A program made the position numbers and the translations under genes. A stretch of DNA of 27,063 nt. Origin: Promethearchaeota archaeon Loki_b32 (lineage in GTDB: Archaea; Asgardarchaeota; Lokiarchaeia; Sigyniarchaeales; SOKP01). Under the pieces are notes generated by a model. It was not told the origin of the DNA. It was given only the letters and a program-made list of their open reading frames with translations, and searched no databases. The DNA lies in assembly GCA_005223125.1 (NCBI GenBank), contig NJBH01000043.1:1-27063 (forward strand). The letters are read 5' to 3'. Below, piece by piece: positions 9,392 to 18,878 of the stretch; the first letter of the stretch is position 1, and each line of letters starts with the position of its first letter.

Positions 9392-10342
9392 ATGAGCAAA
9401 AATACTTGCATTGAATTTAAAAACGTTTCTAAGAATTATAAAGAACTACTTGCTTTAGATGATATTTCTTTTAAAATCCCTAAAGGAGAAATATTTGGTT
9501 ATATTGGCCCAAATGGAGCAGGTAAGACAACCACTATTAAAATATTGGTGGGATTAATAAGAAATTTTAAAGGAGATGTTCTTGTTTACGGGAGGAATAT
9601 TTCTAACGATTGGAAGAATTTACATAATCTAATTGGGTTTCATCCTCAAGAAGCTGGTTTTCAAGAATGGCGAACGGTGGATCATGTTTTTAAAACATTT
9701 GGTCGCTTATCAGGACTCACTTCAGAACAACTAGAACAACGGACTCAGGAAATCTTAGAATTAATTAATTTATCTGATGTACGATATAAGAAAATTGTTC
9801 ACTTATCGGGAGGTATGTTTCAAAAATTAAGATTAGGTCAAGCCTTACTTCATGAACCGCAGATTTTAGTATTAGATGAGCCATTATCTGGTCTTGATCC
9901 AAACATGAGATTTCAATTCAAAAAAATCATAAAAAAACTCAGAAAGAGTGAGATTACTATTTTATTTTCTTCACATATATTAAGCGATGTGCAAGATGTT
10001 GCCGATAAAATAGGTATATTGAATAAGGGTAAGATTCTAACAATTGGTAGCCCAGAAGAGCTTCAAAATAGTTTTCATATAGGAAACATAATAGAAATAA
10101 TAGTTGCTGAAAATACTCCACTTTGCGAAAACTTGGAAGATTTAAGCAATATTGAATATGTTGAGAATGTCAAATCTAGTAAACAATTGATTCATCTAAA
10201 ATCGGATGCAGACATTGATTTGAGTATAACAAGTATTTTTGAATTGTTAATACAGCAAAAATGTAAAATTCGTACTTTTAATCTAGTAAAACCTAGTTTG
10301 GAGGAAGTTTATCTAAAATATGTTGGAGGTAAAACTGAATGA
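9392..10342 (+). CDS. ABC-2 type exporter, ATP-binding subunit
   Basis: Walker A GPNGAGKTT, signature LSGGM, Walker B LVLDEP, H-loop SSH, and a C-terminal PSLEEVYL. Confidence 0.95.
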   Translation: MSKNTCIEFKNVSKNYKELLALDDISFKIPKGEIFGYIGPNGAGKTTTIKILVGLIRNFKGDVLVYGRNISNDWKNLHNLIGFHPQEAGFQEWRTVDHVFKTFGRLSGLTSEQLEQRTQEILELINLSDVRYKKIVHLSGGMFQKLRLGQALLHEPQILVLDEPLSGLDPNMRFQFKKIIKKLRKSEITILFSSHILSDVQDVADKIGILNKGKILTIGSPEELQNSFHIGNIIEIIVAENTPLCENLEDLSNIEYVENVKSSKQLIHLKSDADIDLSITSIFELLIQQKCKIRTFNLVKPSLEEVYLKYVGGKTE

Positions 10343-11001
10343 GTTTATTACTTCTCTTTCTCGATGAATTAAAGGGATATGCAAAATCAAAAGTTATGAT
10401 TGTACTTTGGTTTGGATTACCATTATTATCCTTCTTTATTCAATTTATTAGCCCTCAAACCCTAGAAGGAATGCCAATTTCATCTTTAGTAGCTTTAATT
10501 GTTTCAAGTATAGGAGGAACTCTTTCTGCTATAATGTTGAGTACTTCCATTGTTAGTGAAAAAAACCGACATGTATATGAACTCTTTTTAATTAGACCCG
10601 TAAGGCGTAGTAGCTTAATTTTAGCAAAATATTTGGCGGTTTACTTATGTTTAGTTATTGCTGTTTCGATTTCTCTAACTGTTGGACTTTTAATTGATGC
10701 AATTACAGGGGATTTGATAAAAAACTATCTGGACATCACATTTGAATCATTAATTATTGGTGTCTCTTCGATGTCAATTACCTGTTCGATTGGGATCTTT
10801 TTTGGTGTTTTAGTTTCATCTGTTCCTTTAGCAGCGATTTTGTCGGTCTATTTGGGTAGTCAACTGTCTTCAATAATTATTTTACCAACCTTTTTCGTAG
10901 AGATTTTAAACCCTGGTATACTTGCTTTATCCTTAGGAGTTGTAATTACTATTTTCATTATGAGCATTAATGTAATATTATTTAGCAAGAAACAATTTTA
11001 A
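10339..11001 (+). CDS. ABC-2 type exporter, permease subunit
   Basis: About 6 TM helices and the motif SEKNRHVYELFLIRPVRRSSLILAKY. ATGA overlap with the ATPase stop, and a GGAGGT SD motif upstream. Confidence 0.9.
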   Translation: MSLLLLFLDELKGYAKSKVMIVLWFGLPLLSFFIQFISPQTLEGMPISSLVALIVSSIGGTLSAIMLSTSIVSEKNRHVYELFLIRPVRRSSLILAKYLAVYLCLVIAVSISLTVGLLIDAITGDLIKNYLDITFESLIIGVSSMSITCSIGIFFGVLVSSVPLAAILSVYLGSQLSSIIILPTFFVEILNPGILALSLGVVITIFIMSINVILFSKKQF

Positions 11002-11049
11002 AGTTAAATTAACTTTCTATAAAATTTTCTAAAAAAGGATTCTGTTGTT

Positions 11050-12264
11050 TTATTTAATCTCAGAACCGCATTTATGACAAAAGTTCGCACCTTTTTTAAT
11101 AGATATTAAACAAGATGGGCAAATTAATGAGTCATCTTTTAAATATTGCTTAATGCTATTTTCCAATTTTTCTACTTCAAGTTTTTCCTCTTTTACAATC
11201 TTAATTACTTCTATTTCTTTTCTCTTTAGTTTTTTAGCTTTTTTTTTCTTTTTTCTTTGCTTTTTCAGTTTGAAATAATTATAAATTCCATAAAAACTAA
11301 TAAATAAAAAGAGTGGGATAAAAACTATGAATGAAAATGAGACAGTTATACTACCAAAATTCTCTTTAGGAAAAGCAAGAGAAAATTCATAAGCTGATTT
11401 GGAAAAAATTAGCCAAATTATTATTACTTCAGGTTTTAAAAATTTCAATTTTTTACTTATGATATCTGTTTTTTTACCAATTAAACCTCCCATAGTTACG
11501 AGCAATAGAAATAAATCAAAAAAGTAAAGAATTATTTGTATTGGGAGTGCTAATGTAGATTCTTCACTTTCAATTAAACTTAAAGATGCTTTCAGTATTA
11601 AATAAGAAGCATAAACCGAAACATAAATAAGAAAGATTCCAAGCCACGCGTTAAATTTTCCTACAAAAAGAAATAATAAACAAACAAAAAACAAAAGTGT
11701 GAATAAAGTAATCATAAATAATGGTATAACACCTAATCCAGTTAATACTTCTTCTGGAATAATATACCAATTAAATCCAATATTAGCAATTAACAACATA
11801 ATGATAACCGAAAGAGCAAATCCTCCAAAAAATGATATGATTCTTAAAAGAAAATTCAGGAGTTTCGGCAATTTGTATAATTTTTCATCTAAATCAACAC
11901 CCCATTTATAGCAATTATGTAATGTATATAATGATGTTATAAAAATATAAGAAAGAATAGATATAACAACTAAAAAGAGAACTGCGAAAAGGATAAGTGC
12001 AGTAAAAATCACAAAAAGAGGAATTGCTAATAGACAATATTTTACTATCGATTTAAAAGTCATTTTTTTTAAATCTTTTTTAAAAATTAATGAAACTAAA
12101 AATAGAATGATTAATATTCCTAAAAGTGGTAAAAACATAACAATACCAATATTTCGAGTTGTTCTAAATTGAACAGCTGTAAACCCGACTAAAAGCCAAA
12201 TCACAAGAATTAGAATAAGACGGTTTTCTCTTTTTTTAAGTTCAATTAAATCTTTAAATCCCAT
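11050..12264 (-). CDS. Polytopic membrane protein with a Lys-rich tail and C-terminal zinc ribbon
   Basis: About 9-10 hydrophobic segments, a KKQRKKKKKAKK stretch, then CPSC-x10-CHKCG. Confidence 0.8.
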   Translation of the reverse strand: MGFKDLIELKKRENRLILILVIWLLVGFTAVQFRTTRNIGIVMFLPLLGILIILFLVSLIFKKDLKKMTFKSIVKYCLLAIPLFVIFTALILFAVLFLVVISILSYIFITSLYTLHNCYKWGVDLDEKLYKLPKLLNFLLRIISFFGGFALSVIIMLLIANIGFNWYIIPEEVLTGLGVIPLFMITLFTLLFFVCLLFLFVGKFNAWLGIFLIYVSVYASYLILKASLSLIESEESTLALPIQIILYFFDLFLLLVTMGGLIGKKTDIISKKLKFLKPEVIIIWLIFSKSAYEFSLAFPKENFGSITVSFSFIVFIPLFLFISFYGIYNYFKLKKQRKKKKKAKKLKRKEIEVIKIVKEEKLEVEKLENSIKQYLKDDSLICPSCLISIKKGANFCHKCGSEIK

Positions 12265-12379
12265 AAAGAAATAATAATAATTCTTTTATTTAACGTTTCT
12301 CAACAAAGCTGTTTAACTTCTTGAGACTTTTTGCAGAAACTATATAATAAATCAATCTTAAATTATTAAATTTCTATCG

Positions 12380-12979
12380 TTAAAGTTTTAATTCTTGTGG
12401 GTGTTTTTTTTTTGAAAACTCATGATAGGCGAAAATTATTCTTTGAATAACGGTTATATTTGTTCCAATTGCTAAAACAATCATCGTCCACCAGATAGCA
12501 GTAGGGAACCAAATGTGCAATATTGCCCCAATTAATAAAATTGGTACACGATCTGTACGTTCTAATATTCCAACACCATATAAATTATCAACTCCTAATG
12601 CCTCAATCTTTGCTCGTGTATATGAGGTTAAAAACGCTCCGATCAGTACGATTAAACCTATTTCAATTGTTGTATATCCCCCTAAAATCACTCCAATAAA
12701 TAGAAAAAAATCTCCAATTCTGTCTAATGTAGAATCTAAAAATCCTCCTAGAATCGTAGGTCCTTGAAGTCGAGCTACTACACCATCTAATTGATCGAAA
12801 AATTCAGTTATAAAAAGAAATATAATTATTATTATCAAGTGGTTGAATATAAATCCAAAAAAACTAATTACTGCTGAGATTAAGCCGAAAAGTGTAAAAT
12901 AATTAGCAGGTATTTTGACTAATTTCTTGGCTAATGGTCGTAAAAGCTTTGCCGAGAATTTTTTTACTTGTAATAGCAT
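12380..12979 (-). CDS. CDP-alcohol phosphatidyltransferase (archaetidylinositol-phosphate synthase/PgsA-like)
   Basis: Family signature DQLDGVVAR-x7-GGFLDSTLDRIGD; also ANYFT, SYTRAKIE and GILERTDR. Confidence 0.92.
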   Translation of the reverse strand: MLLQVKKFSAKLLRPLAKKLVKIPANYFTLFGLISAVISFFGFIFNHLIIIIIFLFITEFFDQLDGVVARLQGPTILGGFLDSTLDRIGDFFLFIGVILGGYTTIEIGLIVLIGAFLTSYTRAKIEALGVDNLYGVGILERTDRVPILLIGAILHIWFPTAIWWTMIVLAIGTNITVIQRIIFAYHEFSKKKHPQELKL

Positions 12980-13023
12980 TTTTAGAAACTCAATTAATTA
13001 AATAAAAAAATATTGAAGTTGAA

Positions 13024-13689
13024 TCAATCTATAATCTGAAGGTTAATTATTTTTCCTTTTTGATCGAAACATTTAACGCTGTTTAAATCAAAATAAGGAT
13101 AAGCAACAATGATGTGAAATTTTCCTTTCATAATAATATTTTTTAAATCAGTTGGGGAGGGATTGGGATTTCCATTAGGATGAGAATGGACGGTTCCTTC
13201 AAGTGAGGGGTCCGAGGGCATTCTTCTAGGAAAATACACGCCTGACTTATGAGATGTTACTGCTCCGGGGGGTAAAATAAATTCAGTAATTACGCCTTTA
13301 TCTACCCTTAAGAGCCCTAGAATTTCTCTTGGATGATGCTCTCGACATAAAGCTAATATTCCATTAATTAAATCTTTATTTATTCTTACTGTATTTGATC
13401 GCATACCCTCAATAAATGCTAAAATTTCAGTAATCAGTTCTACGATAGAGATGGTATTTTTCTTTTCCCAATCCATTAAAGATGAGATCTCCCTATCTAC
13501 TTTTCTATATACTTTTCCATCGGTTTTTGTCAATTTTACTTTAGGTTTTTTGGGATATTTAGAATAATCAATATCTAAAAAAACTTCATTCATTAATGGG
13601 ATTTTAAGATGGGAAATAAAATCATTAACAAGAATCGTATTTGGAAAAGCCTCAATTACTTTTTGATATTGTTCCTCGATAATATCCAT
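13024..13689 (-). CDS. JAMM/MPN+ metalloisopeptidase with an N-terminal E2/UEV(RWD)-like domain
   Basis: Complete JAMM motif: E in HPREILG, then HSHPNGNPNPSPTD (HxH-x7-S-x2-D). The N-terminal ~95 aa contain LDIDYSKYPKKPKV and LMDW...IVELITEI, like the UBC fold, and have no Cys. ATG 13689 preferred over GTG 13701. Confidence 0.85.
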   Translation of the reverse strand: MDIIEEQYQKVIEAFPNTILVNDFISHLKIPLMNEVFLDIDYSKYPKKPKVKLTKTDGKVYRKVDREISSLMDWEKKNTISIVELITEILAFIEGMRSNTVRINKDLINGILALCREHHPREILGLLRVDKGVITEFILPPGAVTSHKSGVYFPRRMPSDPSLEGTVHSHPNGNPNPSPTDLKNIIMKGKFHIIVAYPYFDLNSVKCFDQKGKIINLQIID

Positions 13690-13805
13690 TAGTATTCTCA
13701 CTATAAAAAAATATTACATCATAAAATAATTTTCTATAATCAATCAATAGTTCAGATGGCAAATCTTCTACAAGTTCTAAAACAAAAATAAATTAAAAAA
13801 ATAAT

Positions 13806-15296
13806 TTAAAGATTGTATATTGGGTAAAATTTCTCCTCAATTCGTTTAATAAAGTAATCGGGATTTAGATCTTCTCCGCTTATTCTCTTGATTAAGTCAG
13901 AAGGTCGATAAATTTTTCCATATTGATATACATTTTCATTTAAATAATCCAGTAGATTTTTAAATTCTCCTTTCTTGAAATCTTCAGCTAAGTTGGGCAT
14001 TTCTTTTAATGCCTCATTGTAAATTTGTGCACCATAAAGGTTTCCCAGCGCGTAGGTTGGGAAGTAGCCGAAATCACCACCCCAGTGAGGGTCCTGTAAG
14101 ATACCCTCTGCATCATCCGGGGGAGTAATTCCTAATAATTCTTCCATCTTTTCATTCCATAATCCAGGTAACTCATCTACTTGAATATTCTCCTCAATTA
14201 TCATTTTTTCTAATTCAAACCTTAAAATGATATGTAATCCATAAGTAACCTCATCTGCTTCTACCCGTATAAAAGAAGGCTGAACCACATTCATAGACCT
14301 GTAAAATTCTTCCATAGAATAGCCTTTTAAATTTTCAGGAAAAGTTTTCTGAAATTTTGGATACCAATATGTCCAAAATTCTTCGCTGCGGCCAACAATA
14401 TTCTCCCATAAACGACTTTGCGATTCGTGTATTCCGAGGGATGTTCCTTCAGCTAATAATGAATCTTGAATTTCTTCTTTAAATCCCATTTCGTAGAGAG
14501 CATGGCCACATTCATGAATTGTTCCAAAAATACAGGCAGGTAGAAAGTTTTCCCATATTCTAGTTGTGATCCTGGTATCTATTGATGATAATGATGCAGT
14601 AAATGGATGGGTACTTTTATCTTGACGACCAATATTAAAATCAAAATTTAATTTCTTGATTATTTCAATACTCATTTGCCACTGCTTTTCAGGATCATAG
14701 TATTTCTTTAAAATAGATTGATCAGGTTTATCAGAAGAATTGTCCAATTTAGTGATAATTTTTATTAGTTTAGACTTAAGAGCGTTAAAAATTTTTGAAT
14801 ACCACTCGTAAGTTGAGCCTGGTTCATATATATCTAATAAAGTTGAGTATAGCGTAGGTCCTGTGTTAAGGTGTTCGGCATACTTTATTCTTAAGTTAAT
14901 CATCTTTTTAAGAAATGGCTTAAATATTGAAAAATCTTTTTTTTCCCTTGCTTTTTGCCAATTCATATTTCCTAAAGATGCAGTTTTCGCAATCTCCAAA
15001 ACTAAATCATCAGGAATTCTCGTAGCATGTTTATATTCTCTTTTTGCTTCCCTTATCATCGCCAATTCAGTTTCACTCAAATTATCTAGTTTTTTAGCGT
15101 TTTTTATTAATTCACCAGTTTTATCAGATTTTATTCTTGAGTGAATTAATTTTCTTATAAGTGCGTGTTGTTCAGCTCTTCCTTTAACAGACCCTTTAGG
15201 CATATTAACTTGTTGATCCCAGCCTAAAAGCTCTCCAATATAGCTCAATCTCATTATTTCTGTAAAATGTTCCCAGAGCTCTTTCATTTCGTTCAT
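13806..15296 (-). CDS. M32-family metallocarboxypeptidase (copy 1)
   Basis: LGWDQ, HPF, DTRITT, HECGH (HExxH), HESQ, IRVEADE, QDPHW and GYFPTY. Confidence 0.96.
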   Translation of the reverse strand: MNEMKELWEHFTEIMRLSYIGELLGWDQQVNMPKGSVKGRAEQHALIRKLIHSRIKSDKTGELIKNAKKLDNLSETELAMIREAKREYKHATRIPDDLVLEIAKTASLGNMNWQKAREKKDFSIFKPFLKKMINLRIKYAEHLNTGPTLYSTLLDIYEPGSTYEWYSKIFNALKSKLIKIITKLDNSSDKPDQSILKKYYDPEKQWQMSIEIIKKLNFDFNIGRQDKSTHPFTASLSSIDTRITTRIWENFLPACIFGTIHECGHALYEMGFKEEIQDSLLAEGTSLGIHESQSRLWENIVGRSEEFWTYWYPKFQKTFPENLKGYSMEEFYRSMNVVQPSFIRVEADEVTYGLHIILRFELEKMIIEENIQVDELPGLWNEKMEELLGITPPDDAEGILQDPHWGGDFGYFPTYALGNLYGAQIYNEALKEMPNLAEDFKKGEFKNLLDYLNENVYQYGKIYRPSDLIKRISGEDLNPDYFIKRIEEKFYPIYNL

Positions 15297-15410
15297 GTTT
15301 TAATCACTTTTTAATTTTGATTTTCAAAATATCTTGAAAATGTTAGTTAATTTTGTTACAAAAAAGTTTTGGTTTTAACATTATTAAACTGAGGATATTT
15401 TTGGAGTAAT

Positions 15411-15419
15411 AAAAAAAAA
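15411..15419 (-). terminator. Oligo-U archaeal terminator candidate between the two M32 genes
   Basis: A9 on the plus strand (U9 in the minus-strand transcript), about 30 nt after the stop at 15448. Confidence 0.4.
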
Positions 15420-15447
15420 GAAGTTATTTTTGTTAGAATAAGGAAAA

Positions 15448-16944
15448 TTATAATCCATAGATAGGATAAAACTTATTTTCTATATATTTCATGAAATAAT
15501 CAGGATTTAGGTCTTCCCCAGTAACTCTTTTTATTAAATCACCAGCTCTATATACGCTTCCATGTTGATGAACATTCTCTCTTAAGTAGTTCACTATGCC
15601 GGAAAATTCACCTCTTTTATACTCTTCGGGTAAATTTGGTCTTTCTTCTAGAGCTTTATTGTAGATTTGTGCTCCAAACAGAGTTCCTAAGAAGTAAGTT
15701 GGGAAGTATCCAATCATTCCCATGCCCCAGTGTATATCTTGTAAAACCCCTTCAGCATCATCTGGAGGAACAATTCCAAAAAATTCCTCAAACTTAGAAT
15801 TCCAAACTTCTGGGAGCTCACTTATTTGAATTTTACCATCTATAAGATCTTTTTCGATTTCAAATCGCAAAATAACGTGTAATCCATAAGTTACTTCATC
15901 TGCATTTACTCTTATAAAAGAAGGTTGGACACAGTTAATAGACCTATGAAATTCTTCCAATGGATAATTTTTTAAAATTTCCGGAAAATATTTTTGAAAA
16001 GTTGGATACCAATAGGTCCAAAATTCCTTGCTTCGACCAACGAAATTTTCTAGAGTCCTCGATTGAGATTCATGGATTCCAAGTGAAGTACCTGTGCCTA
16101 GTATTGTATCATGTAGTTCCTTTTTAATGCCCATTTCATAGAGTGCATGTCCACACTCATGAATTGTTCCAAATATACATTCGTTAAGAAAATCTTCTTT
16201 TGTTCTTGTAGTAATACGGGTATCCATAGATGACAAGGAGGATGTAAATGGATGAGTTGATCGATCTTGACGTCCTGCTTGTAAGTCAAAATTCAATTTT
16301 TTTATTATCTCTACACTTAATTCAAATTGTTTATCGACATCATATTTTTTCCTTAGGATTGAATCATCTGGTTTATTGGAAGATGTATTTAACTTTTTAA
16401 TAAAATCAGTTAATTTTGGTTTTATTGGATTAAAGATGTTAGAAATCCACTTGTACGTTGCGCTAGGCTCATATAAATCAATTAAAGTGGAATATAAATC
16501 GGGGAAAGTTCCAAGTTTCTCTGCTTTTTCTTTTTGTAATTCAACTGTTTTTTCCAATAGTGGTATAAATGATTTGAAATCTTTATTTTGTCTTGCTTTT
16601 TGCCAAACTTGTTGCGACAATGCAGCAGTTTTTGTTATTTCTACAACTAATTCTTCCGGTAATTTAACTTCTTGATCATAGGCTCTTTTTGCTTCTCTTA
16701 ACATTGCAGCGTCAATATCATTTAGATCTTTGCGTTTTTCAGCTTCTTTTATTAATTTACTTGCCTTGTCTGATACTAATCTCTGATGTATAAGTTGTGA
16801 TAGAAGCGCACTTTGTTCTGATCGTCCTTCCACAGTTTTATACCCCATCATGTTAACTTCTTGATCCCATCCCAACAATGATTGTACGTAATTCAATCTC
16901 ATTATTTCGGTAAAGTAATCTTTAATTTCTTTCATTACGCTCAT
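15448..16944 (-). CDS. M32-family metallocarboxypeptidase (copy 2)
   Basis: LGWDQ, HPF, DTRITT, HECGH, HESQ, IRVNADE, QDIHW and GYFPTY. Confidence 0.96.
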   Translation of the reverse strand: MSVMKEIKDYFTEIMRLNYVQSLLGWDQEVNMMGYKTVEGRSEQSALLSQLIHQRLVSDKASKLIKEAEKRKDLNDIDAAMLREAKRAYDQEVKLPEELVVEITKTAALSQQVWQKARQNKDFKSFIPLLEKTVELQKEKAEKLGTFPDLYSTLIDLYEPSATYKWISNIFNPIKPKLTDFIKKLNTSSNKPDDSILRKKYDVDKQFELSVEIIKKLNFDLQAGRQDRSTHPFTSSLSSMDTRITTRTKEDFLNECIFGTIHECGHALYEMGIKKELHDTILGTGTSLGIHESQSRTLENFVGRSKEFWTYWYPTFQKYFPEILKNYPLEEFHRSINCVQPSFIRVNADEVTYGLHVILRFEIEKDLIDGKIQISELPEVWNSKFEEFFGIVPPDDAEGVLQDIHWGMGMIGYFPTYFLGTLFGAQIYNKALEERPNLPEEYKRGEFSGIVNYLRENVHQHGSVYRAGDLIKRVTGEDLNPDYFMKYIENKFYPIYGL

Positions 16945-17106
16945 TTTTAAAACACTTTTTTTAATAATTTAAATATTGATTTATCAAATTCGTTTAGTTT
17001 AAACATTAAAATATGTCTAATAAATTATTGAATATTTAATTGTTTTAAAAGAAGTATATTGTGAACTTTTATTGAACTAACAACACGAAATTAAATATGA
17101 TATTAA

Positions 17107-18675
17107 TTAGGTCATTTGTTCTTGTTTAACAAAAAAATTTGCTGCTAATTCAATATCTTCAATTGTTATTGGTCTCTCTAAAGATTTTTCTAATTCTGTT
17201 ATCAAGTTTTCGCATAATTTTAAGCTAAGAGAACTTCCTTTCTGAGTTATTAATTTTTGTAACTCTTTGGTAAAATCAATTACTAATGGTTTTCTTATAT
17301 CTTCTTTTAATTCTTCATGTGCTCCAAATAACTCCATTGGCATTTTTGCTGTAGGTTTTATTTCTACTTTTGATTCTTTAGTTACTTGTTTTGGAATTGA
17401 AATTGGTTTTATGATTTTTAATTTTGATTTTTGGCTTTTTATTGGTTTTATTTCTTTTTCTTTATCAAGTTTTTGAAAAGATACCAAATTCTTCAAGGAT
17501 TCTGGAGATGCGGTGGGTTTTTCTTCAGTTAAAGATTGTTGATTTATGGATTGAACTGAGGAATCAGGACTAGGAAGTGGTTTTACAGTAACTCTCCGTG
17601 TAAACTTTAGAGGTTTTGCTATTTCGAATTCTTTTTTTCTATCAAATTCTTTTCTTTTTTCACTTTCTTTTTTAAGTTGGAGATTTAATTCATTAATTTT
17701 CTTTTCTAAAGCTTTAGTATATATTATATTTTGATAAGATTTACTAATATTGAGTAATTCTTTATAACTCGCTAATGCTTGAATCTTTTTTCGTTCCAAG
17801 ATTAAATTATCAGCATTTTTTATTAATTCTGGAAAATTTGAAGGTATTTTCTTTCTTAGACCAAGAGCCTTCATGATATGTTGATAAATTTCTGATTTAG
17901 CAGCAGGAGTGTTTAATGATATTTCTTCAAAATCAGAAATACTTAATTCATTCTTTATTCTTCTGATATCGCCATCTTCAACTAAATCCCTTTTGTTTCC
18001 AATTATTAATAATTTAGAAGCACTACTTTCCATTTTATGGAGTTTCAAGAAATGGTCCAGCATTCTTAAATTGTAATTTGCCAAATTAAACAATAGAATA
18101 ACTAAGTCAGATCCTCGTACAAATTTAGACCATAAGAGAGAGAAATTATCTTTTAATTGGAAATCCCATATATCAAAAAAAATACCATCTATTTCTAAAA
18201 TTGATGTTTTTGCAAAATCCATATGGATTTTTTCTTCGCCACTTCTTAGGAGATTATAGAGAGTCGTCTTTCCAGCATAAGCTGGTCCAATTAAAGCAAT
18301 TTTAGAATGAAGATCTTTTTGAATCTGGTTTAAAAATTCATTGAATTCATTATTTGCATTACTAGGTTCATTTACTTTTGAAGGATTTGGAAATAATTCT
18401 GTGAATTTATCAATTGTTTTTATCATAATCTCATCGAGATATTGAAGTGAATCAACTAGATCTGTGATAAATAGAAAATATAAATTACCAGATGCTCTAT
18501 GAAATATTTGAAAATTTGATACAGCTCTTTGAAATGTCTTTCCAGGCATAGGCATATCAATGTATTTCTGAATAATCTTTTTAACATTATTCAATTCATC
18601 ATTTCCAAGAGCCATAGCATAATCTTTAACAAATAAGAGTTCTGACTCTAGAAAAATATGTAGTTGTCTTAACAT
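17107..18675 (-). CDS. Longin-like domain fused to a Ras-superfamily (Arf/Rab-like) GTPase domain, followed by a helical bundle, low-complexity linker and small C-terminal helical domain
   Basis: G1 GPAYAGKT, G3 position WDFQL (degenerate), G4 GNKRD. The N-terminal ~120 aa have a longin-type pattern (LHIF...FQIFHRASGNLYFLFITD...helix...FTELF). Confidence 0.8.
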   Translation of the reverse strand: MLRQLHIFLESELLFVKDYAMALGNDELNNVKKIIQKYIDMPMPGKTFQRAVSNFQIFHRASGNLYFLFITDLVDSLQYLDEIMIKTIDKFTELFPNPSKVNEPSNANNEFNEFLNQIQKDLHSKIALIGPAYAGKTTLYNLLRSGEEKIHMDFAKTSILEIDGIFFDIWDFQLKDNFSLLWSKFVRGSDLVILLFNLANYNLRMLDHFLKLHKMESSASKLLIIGNKRDLVEDGDIRRIKNELSISDFEEISLNTPAAKSEIYQHIMKALGLRKKIPSNFPELIKNADNLILERKKIQALASYKELLNISKSYQNIIYTKALEKKINELNLQLKKESEKRKEFDRKKEFEIAKPLKFTRRVTVKPLPSPDSSVQSINQQSLTEEKPTASPESLKNLVSFQKLDKEKEIKPIKSQKSKLKIIKPISIPKQVTKESKVEIKPTAKMPMELFGAHEELKEDIRKPLVIDFTKELQKLITQKGSSLSLKLCENLITELEKSLERPITIEDIELAANFFVKQEQMT

Positions 18676-18878
18676 ATTCCATTGACCTAATTGAATTAAT
18701 TGGAGATGTTTATTTTTATAAGAAAAAAAGAAAGGCTAATTAATAATTCTTTAGAATTAATTGATTGTAAATTTTAATCTTCATTTATACTTATTTTAAA
18801 AAATAATAAAAAATATTAGATTCTAATTTTTTACTTATATTAGAATCGAGTTAAATAAAATAATCTTGAAATTCGAGA

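Noticed and set aside
13024-13701. E2 + JAB as part of a CBASS (Cap2/Cap3) or other ubiquitin-like antiviral system
   Set aside because: No cyclase, E1, ubiquitin-like or effector gene is nearby, the E2-like domain has no Cys, and the neighbours are housekeeping genes.
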